From Bacteroidota bacterium (GTDB lineage: Bacteria; Bacteroidota; Bacteroidia; J057; JADKCL01), in the NCBI GenBank assembly GCA_031375795.1, contig JANMIM010000558.1, positions 1 through 30,470 on the forward strand: a DNA stretch of 30,470 bases, given 5' to 3'. Positions 1-8,500 of the stretch are shown here, piece after piece. Made by a program: the position numbers and the translations under genes. The notes beneath the pieces are model-generated. The model saw only the letters and a program-made list of their open reading frames with translations. It ran no database searches and was not told where the DNA came from. Each line of letters opens with the position of its first letter. The first letter of the stretch is position 1.

Positions 1-512
1 CCAGCATTGGGCAGCAGGCGGCGCACATCTTGGGTGAAGCTCTGGTCGCTTGGATTTTCAAGCCGCAGCGCCCCAAAGTTGGTGCGGTAGTAGTCCATCC
101 CGCCTTGCAACCCAAAGGACAATGTGTGATCGGTACCCAGCTTGATGCGGTAGGCATATTGGGCACTCAGGCCGGTGGTCGACACGGGGCCGATACCGTC
201 TGTGCTCAGCAACATGCCAAAGCCGTTTTTCATGTTGGCGCTCGGCCCATGCAGGCTGAAGGCACCCGACCTCGGGGCACCTTGGAAACCCGTCCACTGG
301 TTGCGGCCGATCAGGCTCATGCTTGCCTGGTCACGGCTGCCGGCATAGGCAGGGTTGATGAACAGCTGGTTGAACATGTATTGGCTGTACTGCGCCTCCT
401 GCTGGGCTTTTGCGCCTTGCGGCGCAAAAAACAGAGCGAGTGGGAGTGTGAGAGCGAGGAGGATTGCCTTGCTCAGCCCAGATTTTTGCGAAGTTGTCGT
501 GTGCTTTTTCAT
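1..512 (-). CDS. porP: Type IX secretion system membrane protein, PorP/SprF family (5' part; runs off the window edge)
   Basis: Absent from the ORF track because there is no stop in the window. Hand translation from ATG at 512: MKKHTTTSQKSGLSKAILLALTLPLALFFAPQGAKA-QQEAQYSQYMFNQLFINPAYAGSRDQASMSLIGRNQWTGFQGAPRS...AQYAYRIKL...LSFGLQGG. This matches the PorP/SprF N-terminal signature (QYSQYMFN..INPAYAG...R.QW.G..GAP). It starts 15 nt after the type B CTD gene. The symbol denotes the paralogous family, not a proven orthologue. Confidence 0.93.
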   Translation of the reverse strand, partial: MKKHTTTSQKSGLSKAILLALTLPLALFFAPQGAKAQQEAQYSQYMFNQLFINPAYAGSRDQASMSLIGRNQWTGFQGAPRSGAFSLHGPSANMKNGFGMLLSTDGIGPVSTTGLSAQYAYRIKLGTDHTLSFGLQGGMDYYRTNFGALRLENPSDQSFTQDVRRLLPNA

Positions 513-527
513 TTTTCCTCCGCTTGC

Positions 528-3500
528 TTATCGGTTGATGACTACATAACCCTTGATCGGATCCTGGCCGTTGCCAAGGTCCAGGACATAAAAATAGACC
601 CCGTCGGGCAGGCTGTTGCCATTGTCCTCGTGACCATCGAATTCATTCAGGTAGGGTTCGGCGGAATAGACCTCTGCACCCCAGCGGTTGAAGATCTGCA
701 ATTGGTTTTGCGGATAATATTCGATCTCGGGCACCGTGAAGTGGTCGTTGACACCATCGCCGTTGGGGCTGATGCCTTGGTACATTTCCTCGTCGTAGAT
801 CTCCAGGTCTATGTGGAAGATGCCAGAGAGCATCTTGCAGCCATTGGTGTCGGTGACCATCACCTGGTAATTGCCAGAGGCGGTGGGCACGATCTGTGGC
901 CGCGTCTCGCCGTTGAGCAGTTGCCCGTCTTGGTACCATTGATGGTATGCCTGAGGTGTCGCGACCAACTCGATTTCCTGGTCACCCTTGGTGATGATGG
1001 CGGGTGCAGGCAGTGGATCGACGGTGACCTCGACGACATTGCTGGCGTTGGTGCAGCCAAATTGATCCGTGACGATCACTGAAACCGAGGCGTTGGCATT
1101 GACGGTGATGCTTTGGGTGGTCTGGCCATTCGATGGCCAGAAATAGCTCACATAACCAGCACCTGCGTCAAACACCATCTGGTCGCCCGCGCACAGGGAA
1201 CTGTCGATCCCCAAGTCCACCCAAGGCAGCTCGTGGCGTGTGACATTGATCTCATCTTCACCCTCGCAGCCGTTGGCGTCTGTCACCGTCACAGCAAAGG
1301 CACCCGTGTACCAGACAGGAATTGATTGAGAGGTCACGCCATTGGACCAGAGGTAGGCAGGGAATGCGCCAGCCTCGATGACCGCCGTGTCGCCTGCACA
1401 GATCGATCGATCAGCACCCAAATCTGGTACTGGCAATGGATTTTGGATCGCAACGAGGTCGGCCGTGTCTGAACACAGGTATTGGTTCCACCCAATCACG
1501 GTATAGGTACCCGGTGTGCTGACGGTGATGTCGCTGCTTGTCGCCCCGTTGTTCCAGAGGAAGGCCTGGATGCCAAGCGTCGCCGCATCGACCATCACAG
1601 TGCTCCCAATGCAAAACTCCACGGTGTCGTCAGGTGCAATGCTCAATACCGGCTTGGGGGCGAGTGGAGACTCCACGGTGTCGCTTTGGATGCAGCCATT
1701 GGTGTCCACGACCGTCACGGTGTAGGTGCCGGAGGTATTCACGACATACACCGAGTCGGTGGCTCCGTCCTGCCAGGAATAATTCACAAACTGGGGCCCG
1801 GCATGGAGGGTCAATGTGTTGAAGGGGCAGAGCCACAGGGTGTCTGGGCCCAACTGCACGCCCGGTCTGGGGAATGCCACGAATTTCTGCAGGAAAGTGT
1901 CGGAACAAGCGCTGTCGCTGATGGCGATGAAGCTCACGTCAAATGTGTCTGGATGCGGATAATAATGCATCGGGTTTTGATCGGTCGAGGAGCTTCCATC
2001 CCCAAAACTCCACTGCCAGGCAGTGACCTGGGCCGAGCCGCCGATCGTGGAGAGGTCCAGGAAGGGCACACTGTCGGGCCAGCAGATCGTGTTGGGACTA
2101 TAGCTTGCGGTCGGTTTCTCATTGGAGGTCGCCGTCAATACCAAGGTATCCATGCAAAGGCTGTCGCTCGTGACGATCAACTGCACGTTGTAGGTGCCAG
2201 CGGTGGCATACAGGTGGGTTGGGTTGGTGGTCATGGCGGTGCCGCCATCCCCAAAATCCCACTCCCAGCGCAGCATGTTTCCAAATGCCAGGCTGCTCTG
2301 ATCCATGAAGTGGATGCTGTCGGGGAAGCAAACATTGCTGAAGTTGAAATTGGCGAGTGGCTTTGGATTCCAGACCAAGGTGCGCACCAGTGTATCGAGG
2401 CAACCATTGTCGGTCGTCACGATCAGTTCCACCATGTAGGAATCCGCTGTGGCGTAGGTGTAGACTGGATTCTGTGCAGCCGAACTGCCGCCGTCTCCAA
2501 AGTCCCAGTCGTAGCCGGCAATCGTACCGGAGCTCACGGTCGAGGCGTCGATGAAATTCACGGCATCCGGTTGGCAGGTGCGGGGGAAGGAAAAGGACGC
2601 ATTCGGCTTGGGGAACACATTCACGGGTTGCACCAAGGTGTCCATGCACCCATGGTTGGTGGTGGTCACGAGCGTCACGGTGTACAAGCCGTCGAAGCTG
2701 TAGAAGTGGCTCGGATCCATTGCTTGGCTGCTGTTGCCATCACCAAATGTCCAGAGGTAGCCGGTGATCACGGAGCCGAGCACATTCGATACGCTGGAGC
2801 CGCTCACCAAGAAAAGGCTGTCGCCATAACAGATGTCGGCAATGGAGAAGACCGCATTGGGCTTGGGATAGACATTCACGTTCTTGAAGAGCGTGTCCCT
2901 GCATGCGTCGCTTGTGATCACGATCAGGCGCACGTTGTAGGCGCCCGGGATCGCATAGTTGTGAGTGGTACTCGCCCCTGTGCCCGTGTTGCCGTCGCCA
3001 AAATCCCATTGGTAGGTCGGGATCGTGGCATTGTCCCAGTTGTTGGGGATCACAGTGGCTTGCGTGAAATTCACCGTCTGCGGTTCGCAGACGTCGGCCG
3101 CGATGATCGAGTCGATCTGCGGCTTGGGCCATACATCGACCGAGCCCGTGAGCGTGTCGCGGCAATTGTCGCCTGTGCGTACAAAAAGCGTGTCGAAGTA
3201 GCGGTTGGGCACAGCGAAGTAATGGTTCAAGGTCGGCACGATACCTGTTTGGCCATCGCCAAAGCGCCAGTCCCACTGCGCGATCGTGGTCGCGTCCCAG
3301 TTGTTGGGGATCGTGGTGTTGTTGGTGAAGGAGACCAAGTTGGGCCAGCAAATGTCGCCTTCGGTGATCGAGTTGATCGAGGGCTTGGGCCAGATGTTCA
3401 CTTGGTCGACCAATGTGTCGCGGCAGGCATTTCCCGTCTGCACAAAGAGCGTGTGGGTGTAGACATTGGGCAATGCATACGTGTGAAACACAGGATTGGT

Positions 3501-5540
3501 ATTGCCTGTGCCTGCATCGCCAAAGCGCCAGTCATGAATCGTGACCGCAGCCGAGTTCCAGTTGTTGGCGATGTGATGGAAGCCAGTGAAGTTGGTGCCA
3601 TTGGGCCAGCATTGGTCGAGCACGGTCACCGAGTCGATTTCGGGCTTGGGCCAGATGCTGATGGACTGGGCCATGGTGTCGCGGCAACCATCGCTGCTCA
3701 CGACGTAGAGGCTGTCGCGGTAGAAGTTGGGCACGGCGTAGGCGTGGGTCGTCACCGAACCAGAACCCGTGGTGGCATCGCCGAAGTGCCAAGTGAAAGT
3801 GGGGATGGTGGCGCCATTCCAATTGTTGGGGATGCCGGTGGTGTTGCTGAAGCTGGCCGCCTGCGGCCAGCAGATGTCGGGGTCCGTGATCGCCGTGATG
3901 TCAGGCTTGGGCCAGACATCGACCGAACCGGCAAGGGTGTCCCTGCAGCCGACGTTGGTGGTCACGAGCAGCGACTCGGTATATTGGTTGGGGACGGCAA
4001 ATGCGTGGCTGCTGTTGCTGCCAAAGCCGTTGTTGCCATCGCCGTAGCGCCATTCGAAGGTCGTGATCGTACTGGTGTTCCAGTTGCTGGGGATCGTCGT
4101 GTTGTTGCTGTACAAGACGGCGTTGGGCCAGCAGATGTCGGTCTCGGTGACGCTGTTGATGGTCGGCTTGGGCCAGACGGCGATCGGCTCGACCAGGGTG
4201 TCTTTGCAGTTTTGGGTCGTGGTCACGATCAAGCGCAGGTTCAGGTTGGCGGCCACACTATAGCTATGTGTCGGCGTGGCGCCTGTACCCGTGGTGGCAT
4301 CGCCAAAGTCCCAAGCATACGTGCTGATCGTCGAGCCATTCAAGCCAACTGTGGCGCTGTAATTGAGCAAAGCGAATTGGCAGCCGTTGTCGGGATTGAG
4401 GGCCGTGACGTCTGGGCGTGGGTTGATGGTGATGTTTTTGGTGGCTTGCACCGAGTCGCAGGCACTGGAAAATGCGACGACCTTGAGGACGTGTACGCCG
4501 CTCGTGAAGCCCGAGGTGTTGATGGACTGCGTCGTTGCCACACCGGAGCTGCGGAAGATGTTGTCCAGGTACCAGCGGTAATTCACGTAGGGGCCAGAGG
4601 CTGTGAAGTTGAGGATGTCCTCTTCGCAGGCCGTGACCGCACCTACGGGTGAGATCGTGACGGGTGTGGTGCGGTTGAATTCCGAACCAAATGCCGTCGT
4701 AGGCTCGGCGGCGGCACGCGGGCGGTACCACACCTGCACTTGGGCGGTATTGGCGACGTTGGCGGTGAGGGGTGCGGTGTTGGGGGGAATGTCGCCTGAG
4801 CCGCTGTTCACGTTTTGGTTCAGGCCCGTGTTTTGGGCGATGTTGAGCAAGGCGGGCGTGAAGAAGCCGGGGTGACCGCCTGCATCCACCGGCAACTCTT
4901 CGACATAAAGGTTGGTACCGATCGAGACTCCGCGGCTCGTGCCCTCGGCTTGCACATACTGCGTGCCCGAGACGTTGTAGGTCGTCTTGGGTCTGAAATT
5001 GCCTACATTCGCGGAGCGCACATCCCAGCGAAAGGTCGTCGCATTCGCCGGAATCGTGTAGTTGGTGAGCTCCCAAGTGGTCGCGGCCGAGAAGCCGACC
5101 GTAGGGGCAGTCGCGACCGTGCCGACCGAGGAGAACGTATTCTGGATGAGCTGGGTGCAGGTCGTCGCATTGTCATAGTACATCACGATCTGCTTGCTGC
5201 CCAAGGCGGGTATGCTCGGGACCTTGACATAATAGACGGCAGCGGCCATCGGGAACAAATTCACATCGCTCTGCCAGTAGTTGAGCTGGGTCACGCAGTC
5301 GCTGTCGTAAAACACGAAGCCAAACCTGTTCGAGAGTTTGGCCGCCCCTTGCAAGGCTGTCGTGTTCACCGTGAATTTCACGACATAATTCGTCAAGGCC
5401 ACCGCATTCGGATTGGTGACCGTGATCGTCTGCAAAAAGGTTGGTTTCACGCACTGCGCCTTCACCAGATTGGGCACGCCCAGCCATCCCATCAGCAAGC
5501 CCAAGAGGCCTAATTTTACTATTTTCATGCTGCTTCGCAT
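528..5540 (-). CDS. T9SS cargo with type B (gliding-motility-associated) CTD: signal peptide, DUF2341-like N-terminal domain, 10 PKD domains, short Ig-like repeats
   Basis: Signal peptide ending VKA-Q. DUF2341-like segment ITVTNPNAVALTNYVVKF...FYDSDCVTQLNYW...YVKVPSIPALGSKQIVMYY. Ten W-x-[FY]-GD PKD motifs counted. C-terminus YQGISPNGDGVNDHF...IFNRWGAEVY...LPDGVYFYVL...KGYVVINR is the type B CTD pattern. The start may be ATG 5528 (MKIVK). Confidence 0.92.
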   Translation of the reverse strand: MRSSMKIVKLGLLGLLMGWLGVPNLVKAQCVKPTFLQTITVTNPNAVALTNYVVKFTVNTTALQGAAKLSNRFGFVFYDSDCVTQLNYWQSDVNLFPMAAAVYYVKVPSIPALGSKQIVMYYDNATTCTQLIQNTFSSVGTVATAPTVGFSAATTWELTNYTIPANATTFRWDVRSANVGNFRPKTTYNVSGTQYVQAEGTSRGVSIGTNLYVEELPVDAGGHPGFFTPALLNIAQNTGLNQNVNSGSGDIPPNTAPLTANVANTAQVQVWYRPRAAAEPTTAFGSEFNRTTPVTISPVGAVTACEEDILNFTASGPYVNYRWYLDNIFRSSGVATTQSINTSGFTSGVHVLKVVAFSSACDSVQATKNITINPRPDVTALNPDNGCQFALLNYSATVGLNGSTISTYAWDFGDATTGTGATPTHSYSVAANLNLRLIVTTTQNCKDTLVEPIAVWPKPTINSVTETDICWPNAVLYSNNTTIPSNWNTSTITTFEWRYGDGNNGFGSNSSHAFAVPNQYTESLLVTTNVGCRDTLAGSVDVWPKPDITAITDPDICWPQAASFSNTTGIPNNWNGATIPTFTWHFGDATTGSGSVTTHAYAVPNFYRDSLYVVSSDGCRDTMAQSISIWPKPEIDSVTVLDQCWPNGTNFTGFHHIANNWNSAAVTIHDWRFGDAGTGNTNPVFHTYALPNVYTHTLFVQTGNACRDTLVDQVNIWPKPSINSITEGDICWPNLVSFTNNTTIPNNWDATTIAQWDWRFGDGQTGIVPTLNHYFAVPNRYFDTLFVRTGDNCRDTLTGSVDVWPKPQIDSIIAADVCEPQTVNFTQATVIPNNWDNATIPTYQWDFGDGNTGTGASTTHNYAIPGAYNVRLIVITSDACRDTLFKNVNVYPKPNAVFSIADICYGDSLFLVSGSSVSNVLGSVITGYLWTFGDGNSSQAMDPSHFYSFDGLYTVTLVTTTNHGCMDTLVQPVNVFPKPNASFSFPRTCQPDAVNFIDASTVSSGTIAGYDWDFGDGGSSAAQNPVYTYATADSYMVELIVTTDNGCLDTLVRTLVWNPKPLANFNFSNVCFPDSIHFMDQSSLAFGNMLRWEWDFGDGGTAMTTNPTHLYATAGTYNVQLIVTSDSLCMDTLVLTATSNEKPTASYSPNTICWPDSVPFLDLSTIGGSAQVTAWQWSFGDGSSSTDQNPMHYYPHPDTFDVSFIAISDSACSDTFLQKFVAFPRPGVQLGPDTLWLCPFNTLTLHAGPQFVNYSWQDGATDSVYVVNTSGTYTVTVVDTNGCIQSDTVESPLAPKPVLSIAPDDTVEFCIGSTVMVDAATLGIQAFLWNNGATSSDITVSTPGTYTVIGWNQYLCSDTADLVAIQNPLPVPDLGADRSICAGDTAVIEAGAFPAYLWSNGVTSQSIPVWYTGAFAVTVTDANGCEGEDEINVTRHELPWVDLGIDSSLCAGDQMVFDAGAGYVSYFWPSNGQTTQSITVNANASVSVIVTDQFGCTNASNVVEVTVDPLPAPAIITKGDQEIELVATPQAYHQWYQDGQLLNGETRPQIVPTASGNYQVMVTDTNGCKMLSGIFHIDLEIYDEEMYQGISPNGDGVNDHFTVPEIEYYPQNQLQIFNRWGAEVYSAEPYLNEFDGHEDNGNSLPDGVYFYVLDLGNGQDPIKGYVVINR
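2874..4178 (-). repeat. Five tandem PKD units with an exact 261-nt (87-aa) period
   Basis: [VI][WY]PKP anchors begin at 4178, 3917, 3656, 3395, 3134 and 2873, each 261 nt apart. Each unit carries an I[PA][NS]NW loop. Confidence 0.9.
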
Positions 5541-5553
5541 TCCTTGATTCTAA

Positions 5554-8500
5554 TCAAAACTTTACAATCCGCACCATTTTCTGGCTCTCATTCACCTGAA
5601 TGTTCACCAGATACACGCCTGCGGCGATCTTATTGTCCAAAACAAAATCCACATGGTAGCGTTGATCCCCAGTGAGTTTACGCTGCGTCACGATCCGGCC
5701 TTGCATATCGATCACCTGGACCTTGGCATCCATGGCTCGCTTCAGGGCAATGTTCACCGCAAAGCTACCCATGTTTGGGTTTGGAAAAACCGCGACATTC
5801 AAAATATCGCCCACGCCGTTCTGGTCTGGCCCTTGATTGTACTTGCCCGAACCATTCACCACCCTGATCGTCTTCACGACGGTGTCGGCGCACCAAGCAT
5901 TGGCGGTGGCCAGGCTCACTTGGTAATAGGAGGTATCGACCAAGGTATCGTTGGCGTAGATGTGCCATGGGTAACTGGTCGAGTCACCCGTGCCGTCCCC
6001 AAAGTCCCAATAGGTCGTGGTGGGCACGGGCGTCGAGAATTCCAAGAAGTAGACGGTATCGCCAGCATTGACGACACTGGCCATGAGGAAGCGTGCTTGC
6101 AAGGCGCTATCGCCCTGATCGACGGTCATGGTGTCGCGGTACACGCAGCCTGCCGAGTCGGTGAGCGCGAGGATGTAATCCCCGGCGGCCACCCCGATGA
6201 GGCTGCTCGTCGTCGCACCATTGTTCCAGGCATAAGTATAGGGCATCGAGCCGCCAAAGGGCGTCACGATGATGGAGCCATCGGCTTGGTCGCGGCAGGT
6301 CACATCGACGATGGTCGATGCAAAGCTCAGGGTCGGCGGCTCGATCACCGTCACGCTGCCGGTCACCGTACAGCCATTGTCATCCGTCACCGTGAGTGCG
6401 TAGCTGCCAGCAGCCAGCGCATTGATGCTGCTCGTGGTGTCGCCGTTGCTCCAACTGAATTGGTAATTGCCAGTACCGCCAGCGACCAAGGCAATGGCAG
6501 CGCCATTGGCATTGCCGCCGCAGTGGACGTCGGTCGCGCTCAGGCTGGCCGTGAGCAAGGTCGGCTCGCCAATCGAGGTGGCAATGCTCGCGGTGCAACC
6601 GAGCGAGTCGGTGACGGCCACGGAGTAATTGCCGGGTGCCAATCCACTCAAGTCCTCGGTGGTCGCGCTGTTGCTCCAGAGGTAGGCGTATGGCAAAGTG
6701 CCACCGGTCGCCGTGAGGTCGATCGTGCCATCGTTGCCACCATTGCAGAGCACGTCGGTGCTGTCGATCGCGAGGCTGATCACACTCGGTTCGCTGATCG
6801 TGGCGCTGTCGATCGTCGCGCATCCACCTTGGTCAGTGACCGTTACGTAATAGGTGCCCGCAATCAATCCGCTCGGATCCTCTGAAATCTGGCCCGAGGA
6901 CCAAACATAGGTGTAGGCTGGCGTGCCACCCGACACGGTCAGGTCGATGCTGCCATCGGTCCCGCCTCCGCAGGAGATATTCACCGCCGTGTTGCTCAGC
7001 ACCAAAGCGGTGGGTTCGATCACGGCAAATGTATCGTTCAAGGTACAGCCATTGCTATCCGTCAAAACCACCGAATACGTTCCAGCGATCAAGGCGCTCA
7101 GGTCTTGGCTCGTCGCGCCATTGCTCCAGAGGTAGGCGTAAGGCAAGATTCCTCCACCGGGAATGAAGTCCACTGCACCGGTCGCGCCGCCAAAGCAGTT
7201 TTCATCCGTCACGATCCCAGCGCTTGTGAGGGCCGTCGGCTCGGTGATCAAATGGCTCAGGAAGGCTTGGCAACCGTCAAATGCGGTCACGGTCAAGTCA
7301 TAAGTTCCGGCGGCAAGGCTCGCAATCGAGAGCGTCGTCGCGCCATTGGTCCAGAGGTAGGTGAATGGCGATACGCCACCAACGAGGCTCACGTTGATGT
7401 CCCCGTCTGCGCCGCCGTTGCAGGAGACATTTGAAGCAGAGTCCAAAGTGACCGTGGGCGCACCCAAGTTGCTCACGGCTGCCGACACGGAGTCGATGCA
7501 GCCGTTGGCGTCGGTGACCAGCACTTTATAGATGCCTGCTGGGATGCCAAAGATCGAATCCAGTGTGCTGCCGACCGTTGGCCAGTTGTAGGTGTACCCG
7601 GGCGTACCGCCAGTGACATGCGCTGCGGCAGAGCCATTGCTCTGCCCGCAGGCGGCGTCCACGGTCGTTGCCGTCACCACGATGGCGCTTGGCTCGGCGA
7701 TGGTCACCGATTGGGTGGCGGTACAGCCGCTGATGTCCGTCACCGTCACGGTGAAACTCCCCGCCCCGATGCCGCTCAGGTCTTCGGTGGTGGCCGCATT
7801 GGACCATTGGTAGGTATAGGCGGGGCTGCCGCCTGTGACGCTCAGGTCGATGCTGCCGGTCGTGCCAGCATTGCAAAGCACATCGACATGGGTCTCGGTG
7901 GCGCTCAGGGTCGTGGGCGGCGTGATCACGTAGCTTGCGATGGTTTGGCAACCGTTGGCGTCGGTGACCGTGATGCCGTAGGTGCCCGCGCCGAGGCCCG
8001 TCACGTCTTGGGTGGTGGCGCCGTTGCTCCAGACATAGCTGTAAGCGGTCGTGCCGCCGCTCACGGAGATGTCGATCTGCCCATTGTTGCCGCTGGAGCA
8101 GCTGATGTTTTGCTGGCTCACGAGGCTGATGCCCAAGATGGCAGGCTCGGTGATGACGCGGCTGTCGGCGAAGTTGCAGCCATTGGTGTCGGTGACCGTC
8201 ACGGAGTAGGTGCCTGGGCCGAGGTTGCTTTGGCTGGATGTCGTGGCACCATTGCTCCACAGGTAGGTGTAGGATGGCGTGCCACCTGTTGCGCTCACGC
8301 CCACGGTGCCGTCTGCGGCGCCGTTGCATGTCACGTTCGTGCGGGCCATCGTGTGGGCGAGCACGCTGGGCTGTGTCACGACTGCGCTCGCATTGGCGAG
8401 GCAGCCGAGGGCATCGGTCACGGTCACGTTGTAGGTGCCGGGGCCGAGGTTGCTGAGATTTTGCGAGGTTGCACTGTTGCTCCAGAGGTAGGTGAATGCG

